Positions 24,814 through 36,013 are shown, numbered from the stretch's first letter. The stretch is 64,000 bases of DNA from Eubacteriales bacterium (GCA_045577455.1 JAZNIJ010000211.1:32706-96705), one strand, 5' to 3'. Notes: generated from the letters alone by a model not told the origin. Numbers and translations are program-made.

Positions 24814-26223
24814 TTAATATTTTTCGGCAAGGGATATAAACAGTAATGTGAAGATTTTTATGCAATCCTCGAATTCTGCTTGTGAAATATACTCATCGTT
24901 TTCGTGCGCTCCACCTTTACCGTTGCCGAAAAGGGAAATATACTTTTCCTGTATAGCACCGTAAACATATGTGTTAGGAAAAATTTTTGCATAAGTTCCT
25001 CCACCAATTGTATATGGTGAGCTCATATCATTTGTAACTTCTCTGTAGCAATCCAAAAGGATTTCAATTTCCTTGCTGTCTGCGGGAATGTAATACGGAT
25101 TTGAACGGCCGCCCGTTTCGAGAATAAAATTGTTTTCTTGGCAAAAACTCTCTAATTTTTTTATAATGCTGTCCCATTCTTTAGTCACGGGAAGTCGAAT
25201 ATTGAAGGATTGAACAATGGAATCCCCAACGGTTTTTGCAACGCCTGCAACGCAGGTGAGATATCCCGACGGCTCATCTTCGCAGTTGATTCCCAAAACC
25301 TCGCCCTTATAATCAAAAGCTGAGTTTTTCAAAAATTCAAATGCTTCTTTTTCCTTTCCTGAAACAGGAACATTTTCAAGTATATATTCCGCCAAAAGTC
25401 CAATAGCATTTAAACCGCTCTGAGGTATTGCAGCGTGCGCGGTAATTCCCTCTGCGGAAAGTTCAATACCATTTGCTGTGATTCTCTCTTTTGAATCAAG
25501 GGGAAAGCATTGGGAAAGCTCTGCCTTTGCATTTCCTGCAACAGCGTTTTTAACTGTTCCACCCGAAAAGCTCTTAACTTTTGATAGGCAACCAGGAATT
25601 GTTATATAAACGGTTGTGATACCCTTTTCTCCAATACAAACAGGAAAATTGGCATCGGGAGTTATGGAAAAGAAGGGAGCTTTGTGTTTTTTAAGGTAGT
25701 AGGGAAGGTCGTTCATCCCTGTTTCTTCGTTGCATCCTGCAATTATTGATATATCAAAGGGCAACGCTTTCCCATATTCTTCTTTTATATATTTCATCGC
25801 ATACATAGCGGCAACGAGAGGGCCTTTATCGTCTTCTGTTCCTCTGCCCATATAAACGCCATCGCGGATGGTGAGCTCAAATGGGTTACAGCTCCATGTT
25901 GAGCTTTCTGCGGGAACAACATCAATATGACCAACAACGCCAACTTCGTTTTCAAATCCGTCTTTATATGGAGCTGTTCTTTTTGTGGATGTTTTCAGAG
26001 TAACTTTTCCACAGCGATAGTCTATGTTTTCACATTCAAAGCCGTGATTTTTTCCCATTTCAAGAAGGGTATCAAGTGCATCACCAACATTTTTTCCGAA
26101 AACCTTTTCGCCGTCTGCTGTGCCTTCAACGCTGGGGATGGAAATAATGCGTGATAAATCCTTTAAATAACTATCTCTGTTTCTTTCAATGAATTCTGAA
26201 ATCCTTTTAATTGTTTCTGTCAT
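24814..26223 (-). CDS. pepV: Dipeptidase PepV (M20 family)
   Basis: 469 aa. Motifs GHIDVVPA, W..NPFE, GRGTEDDKGP and CNEETG. Confidence 0.88.
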   Translation of the reverse strand: MTETIKRISEFIERNRDSYLKDLSRIISIPSVEGTADGEKVFGKNVGDALDTLLEMGKNHGFECENIDYRCGKVTLKTSTKRTAPYKDGFENEVGVVGHIDVVPAESSTWSCNPFELTIRDGVYMGRGTEDDKGPLVAAMYAMKYIKEEYGKALPFDISIIAGCNEETGMNDLPYYLKKHKAPFFSITPDANFPVCIGEKGITTVYITIPGCLSKVKSFSGGTVKNAVAGNAKAELSQCFPLDSKERITANGIELSAEGITAHAAIPQSGLNAIGLLAEYILENVPVSGKEKEAFEFLKNSAFDYKGEVLGINCEDEPSGYLTCVAGVAKTVGDSIVQSFNIRLPVTKEWDSIIKKLESFCQENNFILETGGRSNPYYIPADSKEIEILLDCYREVTNDMSSPYTIGGGTYAKIFPNTYVYGAIQEKYISLFGNGKGGAHENDEYISQAEFEDCIKIFTLLFISLAEKY

Positions 26224-26296
26224 GCTTTGCTCCCTATCTTTTGTTTTGGCTGTATACGCTCTTGATATTTATTACAACAATAAGTAAGAAACCGCG

Positions 26297-26812
26297 TTAT
26301 CCTTTATATATATTGGAAGAAATTCTCTCAAGAGCTTTCTTGAAAGTTTCTTCTGTTGTACTAAGTAAGGCAGAAATTTCTTTTCCCATAGCAGAATAAT
26401 CTGCTATTGCTTTTTTGATTCCCTCTGCACTTTTTTCTGCATCGTTTAAAATAGATACAATTTGGTCATTTGCTTTTATTCTTGCTTCAGCAATAATAAG
26501 TTCAGCTTTTTTGTTTGCATCGTCCACTATTTCAGATGCCTTAACCTCTGCAAGAAGGAGCTTTTCACCCATATCTGCACAAAGGCGTTCATATTTTTTC
26601 TTCATTTCGTTAAGGTCTTCGCTTTGCGATGCTTCAACGGTGGCCGGTGTGGTAGTGGCGTTTTGTGAGAGCTTCCTCACCTCATCCTCAAGCTCTTTTA
26701 TCCTTTTGTTTTTTTCAGCAAGTGTTGCTTCGTGAGCATCGTTTTGTTGTTTTATAAAATTGTTGACTTCGTCTCTGTCATAACCTTTTTTTGATTCAGT
26801 GAAAACAGGCAT
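26297..26812 (-). CDS. DivIVA domain-containing protein
   Basis: N-terminal DivIVA motif FTESKKGYDRDEVNNFI followed by coiled coil. Confidence 0.8.
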   Translation of the reverse strand: MPVFTESKKGYDRDEVNNFIKQQNDAHEATLAEKNKRIKELEDEVRKLSQNATTTPATVEASQSEDLNEMKKKYERLCADMGEKLLLAEVKASEIVDDANKKAELIIAEARIKANDQIVSILNDAEKSAEGIKKAIADYSAMGKEISALLSTTEETFKKALERISSNIYKG

Positions 26813-26940
26813 AATTTATCTCCTTTCAGTGTATACATCAACATAATATCACATTTTTCGCAGAATTAAAAGGGCTTTTGCAAAATTTTTATATATTTTT
26901 TCAAAAATACAAATATATTATTCCGAGAGGGGGAACAAAA

Positions 26941-28164
26941 ATGGGGAAAACAGAGGTTGCAATTACCTTTCCGTGCGTTATTCTTTTAACTTTATTTGGT
27001 ATATATTTCACTTTTAAATCAAGAGCGTTGCAAATAAGGGGGATAAAACAGCTTATTTCCAACAATAAAAACAAAGAAGCACTTTCTGCTTTCGCAACAG
27101 CCCTTGGAGGCACAGTTGGGGTTGGAAGTATAACGGGTATAGGTTATGCAATAGGCGAGGGTGGGCTTGGCAGTATTTTCTGGATGTGGCTATCATCTTT
27201 TTTGGGAATGGGAATAAAATATGCAGAAACATACATAGCTGTGAAGCACAGACGAGGACCAATTGGCGGTGCAATGGTGGTGTTGAGAGAAGCGGGGTAT
27301 GCAAGATTGGGTATTGCCTTTGCCATTCTTGCCCTCATTGCATCTCTCGGAGGCGGAAATTCAGCTCAAAGCGGAGCTATGTCAGAAGCGTTTTCTCGCA
27401 TTGGCGTATCGTCGGTATGGGTTGCAGTTCTTTCGGGTATATTGCTTGTTGCTGTTATTTTTGGTGGAAAAGAGAGAATTGCGAAAGTTAATTCATATTT
27501 AGTACCTCTTGCGACCGTTCTCTATGTTTTGGGAACGCTTTTTATACTTTTAAAAACGGGTGAAAAAATCCCCGAAACTTTTTCTATGATTTTTAAAGAA
27601 GCGTTTGGAATAAAACAGATGGGATGCGGAATTTCCGCATATATGCTAACAAGGGCTTTGCGTGTTGGAACTGTGAGAGGAGTGTTTTCTCACGAAGCAG
27701 GAATGGGCTCATCCCCCATTGCCCACGCAAGCGCAAATGGGGTAGACTCATTTAATCAAGGACTTCTTGGGATTGCAGAAATATATGTTGATACCTTTAT
27801 TGTTGGAACTCTCACAGCGTTGTGCTTGGTTTGTAATAATACAAATTCTGTGCCTTTGCTGTTTTTAAAGCATTTTGGCAAGGGCGGTGGGGTGTTATTT
27901 GCAATTTTTATGGGAGTGTTTGCCTTTGCTGCGGTTTTAAGCTGGTGTTTTTACAGCGAAAGCTGTATTGCTTTTTTGTTTGGAAGGAAAAGCTGCGTAT
28001 CAACAATGTATAAAATTCTTGCCGTTGCTGCTTTTTCTCTTGGTTGTGTTGCACCTATAAATCTTTCATGGAAAGCTGCGGATATACTCAATTGTCTTAT
28101 GGCTTATCCAAATTTATTTTTGTTATTTATAAAAAGGAAGGAGATTGTTTATGAAAGAGGATAA
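26941..28164 (+). CDS. Alanine/glycine:cation symporter (AGCS family)
   Basis: ATG 26941 follows GAGAGGGGGA. LGGTVGVGSITGIGYAIGEGGLGSIFWMWLSSFLGMGIKYAETYIAVKHR matches the AGCS signature region. Confidence 0.85.
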   Translation: MGKTEVAITFPCVILLTLFGIYFTFKSRALQIRGIKQLISNNKNKEALSAFATALGGTVGVGSITGIGYAIGEGGLGSIFWMWLSSFLGMGIKYAETYIAVKHRRGPIGGAMVVLREAGYARLGIAFAILALIASLGGGNSAQSGAMSEAFSRIGVSSVWVAVLSGILLVAVIFGGKERIAKVNSYLVPLATVLYVLGTLFILLKTGEKIPETFSMIFKEAFGIKQMGCGISAYMLTRALRVGTVRGVFSHEAGMGSSPIAHASANGVDSFNQGLLGIAEIYVDTFIVGTLTALCLVCNNTNSVPLLFLKHFGKGGGVLFAIFMGVFAFAAVLSWCFYSESCIAFLFGRKSCVSTMYKILAVAAFSLGCVAPINLSWKAADILNCLMAYPNLFLLFIKRKEIVYERG

Positions 28165-30640
28165 AAATGAAGCTATCTGCTTCTGGTCTATGAGCGGTGA
28201 GGAGGCGCTGAGAGAAACGGAAAGTAATATCAGTGGTTTAACATCGGAGGAGTCAGAAAAACGGCTTCTGGAAAATGGAAAAAACACATTTGAAACAGGA
28301 AAAAAGAAAGGATTTTTCAGAAAAATAATATCTCAACTTTCTGATAAAATGATAATAATATTGCTTTTGTCGGCATTTATATCTTTTGGAGCATCATATT
28401 ATAGCGGAGAAAAGGATTTTGATTGGGTAACAATTCTTATAATTGTTGGGGTGAATTCCATAATCGGTGCATTTCAGGAGAGCAAGGCAGAGCGTGCAAT
28501 GGAAGCGCTAAAAAAAATAACTGCACCTGAAGCATTGGTTTTGAGAAATAATGAAAAAATAAAAATTCATTCATCGGATATTGTTGTTGGAGATATTGTT
28601 ATTATAGAGAAAGGATGTGTTGTTCCTGCTGATATGCGTCTTATAAAGGGTGAATTTATCAGCGTTGACGAATCGTCCCTTACGGGAGAATCTGCAGAGG
28701 CGCAAAAAGACCCTTTTTGTGTTTGCGAAAATGATACTCATATATCTGATATGAAAAATATGCTTTGGTCGGGTTGCCCTGTGCTTTCGGGAAGCGGACA
28801 GGGCGTTGTTACTGCAACGGGTATAAATAGTCGTGTGGGAACAATCGCGTATTCTCTTTCAAATTCGGAAAAAGAGAAAACACCATTACAGAAGAAGCTG
28901 GCTTCTGTTTCAACGGTGCTTGGAAACGGAGCATTGATAATTTGCGCTTTAATTTTTGTTTTTTCCCTTATAAAAAAACTTCCTGCCGCAGAAATGTTTT
29001 TAACTTCAGTAAGTCTTGCGGTTGCGGCAATTCCCGAGGGGTTGCCTGCTATAGTAACTGTTGTGCTGAGTCTTGGTATGCAAAGAATGGCAAAAAAGAA
29101 AGCGGTTGTAAAATCCCTTCCTGCCGTCGAAACTCTGGGATGTGCAGAAATAATTTGTACTGATAAAACAGGAACGATAACTAAAAACAAAATGACGGTT
29201 GTTGAGGAGGTTGGAGATAGTGAAATGATACATAAAATATCAATTCTTTGCAATGACTTTTCTTCTCCAACGGAAAATGCACTTTTGGAAAGGGCAAAAA
29301 GCTGCGGAGTTTTCGAGACGTTGCTTTCTGAATATGAGAGGGTTTCCCAAATCCCTTTTGATTCAGCAAAAAAATATATGCTTACGGTACATAAGCATAA
29401 GGGGGGATATTTCGTTTCTGTTAAAGGCGCTCCCGAAGCTGTTGAGGGTTTTTGCAAGTTATCTTTCGGGGATTCGGAAAGAAAAATGGCGGAAAAAGCG
29501 TTGCGAGTTATGGCATTTGCTTATGGAGAAACTCGTACAGAGCCAAATTTGAAAAACTTGAAAAGCATAAAATTTTACCCTGCAGGACTTTCAGGAATAA
29601 AAGACCCACCAAAAGAGGGAGTTAAAGAGGCAGTTGCAAGGTGCAGAAGCGCAGGAATTAAAACCGTTATGATAACGGGAGACCATCCTGATACAGCACG
29701 CGCTGTTGCCGAGGAAGTGGGGTTCCCTGCGCCTGTTGTGTTAACAGAAAAACAGCTTTCCCATCTTTCGGAGGGGGAGCTTGAAAAGGAAATTTTAAAA
29801 GGAAATGTTTTCGCAAGGGTAACACCTGAATTTAAGGTTAAGGTAGTTAATGCATACAAAAAAGCAGGGTTTACCGTTGCGATGACGGGGGATGGGGTTA
29901 ATGATGCCCCCGCCTTAAAGGCAAGTGATATAGGATGTGCTATGGGAATAAGTGGGACAGAGGTTGCAAAGGAGGCGGCTGATATTGTTCTCACTGACGA
30001 TAATTTTGTAACTGTTGTTGATGCCGTTGAAGAAGGTCGTGGTATTTATGAGAATATACGCAAAAGTGTTCACTTCTTGCTTTCGTGTAATATTGGAGAA
30101 ATTTTGGTTGTGCTATGTGCAATTCTTGCATCATTACCTTCACCTCTTGCGGCAATACAGCTGCTTTGGGTTAATCTTGTAACAGATTCTCTGCCTGCAA
30201 TTGCTTTGGGAATGGAAAAAGCTCCCAAAAACATAATGAAAAAACGCCCCGTCAAACAGAAAGAAGGTATCTTTTCCGATGGAATGGGGGCAGAAATTGT
30301 GTTTGGGGGAGTGATTATTGGCATACTTTCGCTTGCTGCGTATATTATCGGTGCGAGAATCGGAGGGCATATTACGGGTAGAACGATGTCTTTCGCTGTT
30401 CTGTCTCTTTCTCAGCTTTTCCATTCCTTTAATATGAGAGAGGGTTCTGTTTTTTCAAATGTATACTTGCTCGGTGCGTTTTTTGTCTGTTCGGCTTTGC
30501 AGCTTTCGGTTATCCTTGTTCCAAATTTTCGCCCCGTGTTTAAAACTGTACCACTTGGAAAAAGTGAATGGTGGCTCGTTGGTATATTATCTGCATTGTC
30601 ATTGGTAATCGGTAAAATTTGCAAAGCATTGAGGAAGTAA
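28151..30640 (+). CDS. P2-type cation-transporting ATPase, Ca2+-type (SERCA/YloB-like)
   Basis: DKTGTIT, TGDGVNDAPALK, TM4 IPEGLP, TM5 NIGE and TM6 NLVTDSLP (Ca-site residues conserved). ATG 28151 follows AGGAAGGAG and overlaps the symporter end by 14 nt. Confidence 0.88.
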   Translation: MKEDKNEAICFWSMSGEEALRETESNISGLTSEESEKRLLENGKNTFETGKKKGFFRKIISQLSDKMIIILLLSAFISFGASYYSGEKDFDWVTILIIVGVNSIIGAFQESKAERAMEALKKITAPEALVLRNNEKIKIHSSDIVVGDIVIIEKGCVVPADMRLIKGEFISVDESSLTGESAEAQKDPFCVCENDTHISDMKNMLWSGCPVLSGSGQGVVTATGINSRVGTIAYSLSNSEKEKTPLQKKLASVSTVLGNGALIICALIFVFSLIKKLPAAEMFLTSVSLAVAAIPEGLPAIVTVVLSLGMQRMAKKKAVVKSLPAVETLGCAEIICTDKTGTITKNKMTVVEEVGDSEMIHKISILCNDFSSPTENALLERAKSCGVFETLLSEYERVSQIPFDSAKKYMLTVHKHKGGYFVSVKGAPEAVEGFCKLSFGDSERKMAEKALRVMAFAYGETRTEPNLKNLKSIKFYPAGLSGIKDPPKEGVKEAVARCRSAGIKTVMITGDHPDTARAVAEEVGFPAPVVLTEKQLSHLSEGELEKEILKGNVFARVTPEFKVKVVNAYKKAGFTVAMTGDGVNDAPALKASDIGCAMGISGTEVAKEAADIVLTDDNFVTVVDAVEEGRGIYENIRKSVHFLLSCNIGEILVVLCAILASLPSPLAAIQLLWVNLVTDSLPAIALGMEKAPKNIMKKRPVKQKEGIFSDGMGAEIVFGGVIIGILSLAAYIIGARIGGHITGRTMSFAVLSLSQLFHSFNMREGSVFSNVYLLGAFFVCSALQLSVILVPNFRPVFKTVPLGKSEWWLVGILSALSLVIGKICKALRK

Positions 30641-30766
30641 TTTGTGTAAATAAGTAAAATAAAAGTGGTTGAGCTGATGCATACTATTTGAAGGCGGGAT
30701 ATAGCCATTTTGAGCATACCTTGAATTTGACCCACATCAATTGCTATATAAAACAAAAACGAAAAT

Positions 30767-30792
30767 GGCTCTGACCAAAAACGGTCAGAGCC
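30767..30792. terminator. Bidirectional terminator
   Basis: GGCTCTGACC-aaaaac-GGTCAGAGCC, a perfect 10-bp stem between convergent genes. Confidence 0.8.
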
Positions 30793-30842
30793 TAATTTCA
30801 TGCTTTTGGGGGCATTTGGGATAAATCCCTTAAAAATGCCAA

Positions 30843-31043
30843 TTACTGAAGATTGTACTTCTTCTTGAATTTATCAACTCTACCACCGGCATCAACAAAC
30901 TTCTGTTTTCCGGTATAGAAAGGATGGCATTTTGAGCAGATATCCACTTTAAGGTTTTCTTTAGTGGAAAGAGTTTTGAACTCTTCGCCGCAAGCACAAC
31001 GAACCGTAACTTCTTTGAGAACGGGATGGATTCCTTCTTTCAT
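30843..31043 (-). CDS. rpmE: 50S ribosomal protein L31 (Zn-ribbon type)
   Basis: MKEGIHP...VRCACGEEF...[31 protein letters not shown] 31043 follows GAGGA. Confidence 0.95.
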   Translation of the reverse strand: MKEGIHPVLKEVTVRCACGEEFKTLSTKENLKVDICSKCHPFYTGKQKFVDAGGRVDKFKKKYNLQ

Positions 31044-31546
31044 CAACTTTTCCTCACTTTCAAGTTAAATCTTTTTTCAATGCAAGTGTTAGTATAACAT
31101 TGTTTTTTTAAAAAATCAATAGCTTTTAGAAAAAAATATTGAATTTATAGGAAAAATATCGTTAAAAAAGCGTTAATTGACCTTTTTAAAAAGAAAAAAT
31201 AGCGTTTTTGATGGATTTATATGTCTTCATCCTTAAGAAATTGCAACATTGTAATTTTAAAATACAGATAAATAAATATCGGTTTTGGAAATATTTTCAT
31301 ATAATAAATAGGGAAGAATGAATTGCAAAAATTAGTAATGAATGGCAATTACCACTTTATTTAAGCGGCCAAAAATGAAAAATAAAACCAAAGCAACAAA
31401 AAATTTGCAATTGAAGCGTTAATTTTTTGCATAAAGTATTGATTTTTTATCCAAGATGTGATATCATTTATTTTTAGTGGTGGTATTGTGTCCATCGAGT
31501 CGTTTTTTAACATTATGTATGTAATTTATATGGAGGATATTTAAAA

Positions 31547-33595
31547 ATGGCTAATTATTCCAAAAGTTTGAAAAAGAAATTTATTTTCTTAATGGTTCTT
31601 ATTTTAGTTGTGGTTTCAATGACCGCATTATTGGTTTTGAGAAGCATTTATATGGCGTCCGACCTCATCACCGATAAGGACTTTGCAAGAGGATTTGCAG
31701 AGGCACACGGCGATTTTGTTGACGAAAAGGTATATCCGAAGGATATCACCCAAGATATGCTTAATAAATACGAATTCCTTAACTATACAACAGAATACAA
31801 TTCTGAAGACGGTTGGGTTAATGTTGTATATTTGGGCAATGCAGACTATGCAAAGGAACAGCTCGAAAAATTAGAGTCTGATTATTCCGATGCGCTTGCA
31901 GACCCTTCTTCCAAAGAACCCATTGTTGATGAAAGCTCAAAGGAATCAAGCGATTCAAGCAATGCTTCAGAAGAACCAAGCAATGGTTCCGCAGATGCAT
32001 CAGCTGATACATCATCAAACGCATCAAGCGATGAATCCGCAACTTCTTCAAGCGAAGAATCTTCTGAAGAAGTTATCAACTACATCAAATTCAGATGTGA
32101 CGAGCTTAAACCCGAAGCAATCAAAAACTTCACAAACCTTAAGTTTGTTTCTGCTTCCGGTTCCAACTTGAGACAGAACTACTACACCTACTATATGTAC
32201 TACCAGTACGGTATTTACACAAGTCTTCCAGAATATACACAGGTAGACTGTGATAAGATTACTAACCTCGATTGCTTCAAGAATATGAAGAATCTTGTAT
32301 ACCTTTCCGTTGGATATTCTGCAGTTGATTCTCTCGACGGAATTGAAAACTTCAAGAACCTTAAATATCTCGATGTTGCTGGTACAAAGATTACTTCCCT
32401 TGATAAAATAACGGCGGATAACAACCCTGTTTTGTTCAATATTACAGCATCCGGATTAGGGCTTGAAAATCTTGAAAGTCTTAAGAATGCCCCAACATCT
32501 CTTGTGACTCTTGATATAAGCCAGAATGAGCTTACATCGATTGCGGGCGTTGAAAAATTCACAAACCTCAAGAGATTGTTCTTGTCTTATAATAAGATAA
32601 GCGACCTTAATCCTGTTAAAGACCTTACAGAACTTAGAATTCTCTATGCTTCCGATAACAGAATTGAAAGCATGGCAGCAACAGGAACACTTATCAATGC
32701 AAACAATATCGACCTTTCAAACAACTATATAACAAAAGTTGAAGGTCTTGGCGCACAGCATACAAAGCTTGAAACTCTCTCTCTCGGAGCAAACAAACTC
32801 TCTGATTTGGGCGACCTTGGTAAAGTATCGGGTCTTGTAACTCTTGACCTTTCAGATAACAAAGAAAAAGAAATCCCATCAGATGAAGAAGTTTCCGAAG
32901 ACGCTTCAAGTGAAGCTCCCGAAAACGAAAAGAAAGAAGAAACAGTAAGAACTCTTAAAGATGTTTCCTCTCTCGCAGGTCTCGAATATCTTGAAACTCT
33001 CACTCTTACAAGCAACGAAATTAAAGACATTTCCGGACTTACAGGTATGAAGAGTCTTAAAACTCTTTCTGCAGGAGAAAACAAAATCGAAACTTTGGGC
33101 AAGCTCGCTGAAAATATGCCTAAGTTGGAAACATTAACTCTTGCGAATAACGAAATTTCTGATATTTCTGCAATTGAAGGTCTTAAGAAGCTCTCAAATG
33201 TGGACTTCTCCGAAAACGAAAAGATAAGCGATATTGGTGTATTTGCAAAGATGGATCCATCCGTTCTTAAAACAATCAACATTTCTGTAACAGTTGATGA
33301 TAAAGCAGAACAGGTTAACACAAATATCAAAGACTTTACACCTCTTAAGAAATACGGCAGTGCAACTGTTAAGGGCGTGCCAACAGATTTCACTTATGAC
33401 AAAACAAGCTCTGGAGATTCTTCAAACTCCTCCAAGGATGAATCCAAAGATGAATCAGGTGATAAATCCGAAGAACCAACATCTGAATCATCTTCAGAAG
33501 CAAGCTCTGTAGAATCATCTTCTGAGGCAGCATCAGAATCAACTTCTGAAGAAGTAGCTTCTTCTGTAGAATCTTCTGAAAGTGTAGCTGCATAA
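31547..33595 (+). CDS. Leucine-rich repeat (internalin-like) surface protein with acidic Ser-rich regions
   Basis: N-terminal TM/signal anchor. More than 12 LRR units of ~22 aa (LxxLxLxxNxIxDIxxL), two S/E/D low-complexity tracts and an acidic C-terminus. Confidence 0.8.
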   Translation: MANYSKSLKKKFIFLMVLILVVVSMTALLVLRSIYMASDLITDKDFARGFAEAHGDFVDEKVYPKDITQDMLNKYEFLNYTTEYNSEDGWVNVVYLGNADYAKEQLEKLESDYSDALADPSSKEPIVDESSKESSDSSNASEEPSNGSADASADTSSNASSDESATSSSEESSEEVINYIKFRCDELKPEAIKNFTNLKFVSASGSNLRQNYYTYYMYYQYGIYTSLPEYTQVDCDKITNLDCFKNMKNLVYLSVGYSAVDSLDGIENFKNLKYLDVAGTKITSLDKITADNNPVLFNITASGLGLENLESLKNAPTSLVTLDISQNELTSIAGVEKFTNLKRLFLSYNKISDLNPVKDLTELRILYASDNRIESMAATGTLINANNIDLSNNYITKVEGLGAQHTKLETLSLGANKLSDLGDLGKVSGLVTLDLSDNKEKEIPSDEEVSEDASSEAPENEKKEETVRTLKDVSSLAGLEYLETLTLTSNEIKDISGLTGMKSLKTLSAGENKIETLGKLAENMPKLETLTLANNEISDISAIEGLKKLSNVDFSENEKISDIGVFAKMDPSVLKTINISVTVDDKAEQVNTNIKDFTPLKKYGSATVKGVPTDFTYDKTSSGDSSNSSKDESKDESGDKSEEPTSESSSEASSVESSSEAASESTSEEVASSVESSESVAA

Positions 33596-33662
33596 GCATT
33601 TGCTAAGGTAAGTTAATAAAATAGTTACCCATATTTGAAGATTAAGATTTATTTAATAAAAA

Positions 33663-33704
33663 ACTGTAGAATTACAAAAGGGAATACCCCTTTTGTAATC
33701 TGCA
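33663..33704 (+). terminator. Rho-independent terminator
   Basis: CTGTAGAATTACAAAAGGG-aata-CCCCTTTTGTAATCTGCAG (~18-bp stem with one mismatch and one bulge), followed by a T-rich tail. Confidence 0.8.
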
Positions 33705-33811
33705 GTATAGCATATTTTTTGATAACTCAAAAAATGTTTAATCACACCGTGTTATAAATAAAACAAGGCGAGGAAAGGAATACGCTAAATTAAGCGGCAG
33801 ATATATAGAAT

Positions 33812-34891
33812 ATGAAAAAATTAAAATGCGGAATAGTTGGCGCTACCGGTATGGTAGGTCAAAGATTTATTACTTTACTTTCAAACCATCCTTATTTTGA
33901 AATTGCATTACTTGTTGCAAGTTCAAGAAGCGCTGGAAAAACATATGAAGAAGCGTTGAATGGCAGATGGAGAATGGCAGTTCCAATGCCGGATTCCGTT
34001 AAAAATATGGTTATTGTTGACGCATCCGACATCAAAACAATTTCTCAGAATGTGGATTTTGTTTTCTGCGCTGTTGATATGCCTAAAAACGAAATAAAAT
34101 TGCTTGAAGAAGCATATGCAAAGGCAGAAATTCCTGTTATTTCCAACAACTCTGCAAACAGAATGACTTTGGATGTTCCTATGGTTATTCCTGAGTTGAA
34201 TCCTGAACATCTTGCTGTAATTGAGTTTCAGAAAAAGCGTTTGGGAACAACAAAGGGCTTCATAGCTGTTAAGCCAAACTGCTCTATTCAGAGTTATGTT
34301 CCGGCTCTTACTCCTCTTATGAAATATGAAATTTCCAAAGTTAATGTTGTAACATTCCAGGCAATATCAGGTGCCGGTAAAACTTTTGAAAGTTTCCCTG
34401 AAATTGTTGATAATGTTATTCCATATATTGGCGGCGAAGAAGAAAAGAGCGAAAAAGAACCTTTGAAAATCTGGGGTGCTTTAGAGGATGGATTTATAGT
34501 TCCTGCAAGCAATCCGATAATTTCTGCTCAGTGTGTTCGTGTTCCTTCTTCTGATGGACACCTTGCTGCTGTATCTGTTAGCTTTTCAAGAATTAAGCCA
34601 AGTGCAGACGAAATTATTGAAATCTGGAGAAATTTCCAGGGAAGACCTCAAGAACTCCAGTTGCCAAGCGCTCCAAAGCAGTTCTTGACATATTTTGAAG
34701 AATTTACCCGTCCTCAAACAAAGCTCGATAGAAATATCGAAAACGGAATGGGAATTTCTTTGGGACGCCTTAGATCGGATAGCGTTTTCGACTATAAATT
34801 CATAGGTCTTTCTCACAATACATTAAGAGGAGCTGCAGGCGGAGCTGTTCTTATTGCTGAACTTCTTTATAGAGAAGGATATTTATACTAA
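33812..34891 (+). CDS. asd: Aspartate-semialdehyde dehydrogenase
   Basis: 359 aa. NAD-binding motif GATGMVGQRF and active-site NCSI. The family signature near the C-terminus is SHNTLRGAAGGA. Confidence 0.92.
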   Translation: MKKLKCGIVGATGMVGQRFITLLSNHPYFEIALLVASSRSAGKTYEEALNGRWRMAVPMPDSVKNMVIVDASDIKTISQNVDFVFCAVDMPKNEIKLLEEAYAKAEIPVISNNSANRMTLDVPMVIPELNPEHLAVIEFQKKRLGTTKGFIAVKPNCSIQSYVPALTPLMKYEISKVNVVTFQAISGAGKTFESFPEIVDNVIPYIGGEEEKSEKEPLKIWGALEDGFIVPASNPIISAQCVRVPSSDGHLAAVSVSFSRIKPSADEIIEIWRNFQGRPQELQLPSAPKQFLTYFEEFTRPQTKLDRNIENGMGISLGRLRSDSVFDYKFIGLSHNTLRGAAGGAVLIAELLYREGYLY

Positions 34892-34917
34892 TTTAAAAAA
34901 TAAGGAGAGCTGAGATT

Positions 34918-35844
34918 ATGAAAAAAAGAGCGTTATGGTTACTTTTAACACTTTCGATTTTATCCACACTCTGCTTTGTATCATATGCTGATGGCAACGC
35001 TTTTGCAGTTGAAATGTTGTCAGACAAAAAAGCTGTATATAAGGGCGAAACTTTCACAGTAACAATTTCTGTAAATCAGATCAGCACTCCAAATGGAATT
35101 ATAGCCATTGATATACCGGTTGTATATGATGCAACAGCGTTAACTCTCACTACAAAAGAAGCTATATTGCCGTCCATCTGGGCATACGGAGCTGATTTTT
35201 CAACTCCAAACTCCGGAAACTACATTGTCAGACTATTGAATGATGGTTGGAGTGATGCAGATTTTCATGCGGGTGTTCATGAAGATGGAGTTCTTGGATA
35301 TAAGCTCACTTTTAAAGTTGAGACTGCGTCTGTGAAAAACACAGAGATTTATATTGACTCTGCAAGTCTTGCTTGTACAACAGCTAAGGACTATATGAAT
35401 CTTCCCGGAACCGCAACATCTCTAAAGATAGCTCTTAATTCTGATGGAGAAGACTCTACTACAGAAAGCAACGATAGTTCTTTCTATGCGTCGGCAGATG
35501 ATGAATCAAATGAAGTGAATGTTTCTCATGAAGAATCGGACTCTAAAGATGTTGATGAAAGCGCTGAAGACCCAACAGAGGAATCGACCGAACAGAGCGG
35601 TGATACACCATCTAACGGTGCTGAAGAGAACGAAAGTAAAATAGAGTCATCCAAAGAGAGCGATGAACCTATTGGCGGAGAAATCTCATCTTCGGATGAA
35701 AGTGAAGATGACGACGGCGGATTTGGCGGAATTCTTCTTTACATAATCATTGGTTCTGTTGTAATTGCTGCAAGTGCAGTTTTGTTCTTTGTTATTAAAA
35801 ACAAAAAAGAAGCAAACGATATGAATCCTGTAAATCCATCATAA
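34918..35844 (+). CDS. Cohesin-like domain surface protein with an acidic linker and C-terminal TM anchor
   Basis: Signal peptide, then FAVEMLSDKKAVYKGETFTVTISVNQISTPNGIIAIDIPVVYDATALTL (cohesin-like pattern), a D/E/S linker, and the TM helix ILLYIIIGSVVIAASAVLFFVI. The domain call is tentative. Confidence 0.55.
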   Translation: MKKRALWLLLTLSILSTLCFVSYADGNAFAVEMLSDKKAVYKGETFTVTISVNQISTPNGIIAIDIPVVYDATALTLTTKEAILPSIWAYGADFSTPNSGNYIVRLLNDGWSDADFHAGVHEDGVLGYKLTFKVETASVKNTEIYIDSASLACTTAKDYMNLPGTATSLKIALNSDGEDSTTESNDSSFYASADDESNEVNVSHEESDSKDVDESAEDPTEESTEQSGDTPSNGAEENESKIESSKESDEPIGGEISSSDESEDDDGGFGGILLYIIIGSVVIAASAVLFFVIKNKKEANDMNPVNPS

Positions 35845-35861
35845 ACTAATATGCAAAATTT

Positions 35862-35888
35862 CCCTGCAAGGAATTGCTCCTTGCAGGG
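35862..35888 (+). terminator. Rho-independent terminator
   Basis: CCCTGCAAGGA-attgc-TCCTTGCAGGG followed by TTTTAATTTT. Confidence 0.85.
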
Positions 35889-36013
35889 TTTTAATTTTGA
35901 TATTAAAAGATTTGCTTGATTGAACCAATTTAAAGTTAAATAATGGGATATAAGACTTGGTAAAATAATCGGGGATTAAACATAAAAACAGTTTAATCCC
36001 CCAAGTTTCTTAA

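Noticed and set aside
28151-30640. The possibility that the P2-type ATPase overlapping the Na+/alanine symporter gene is a Na+ pump.
   Set aside because: The Ca2+-site residues of SERCA-type pumps are conserved (IPEGLP, NIGE, NLVTD), so a Ca2+-type assignment is the conservative call. The 14-nt gene overlap alone does not argue for Na+.
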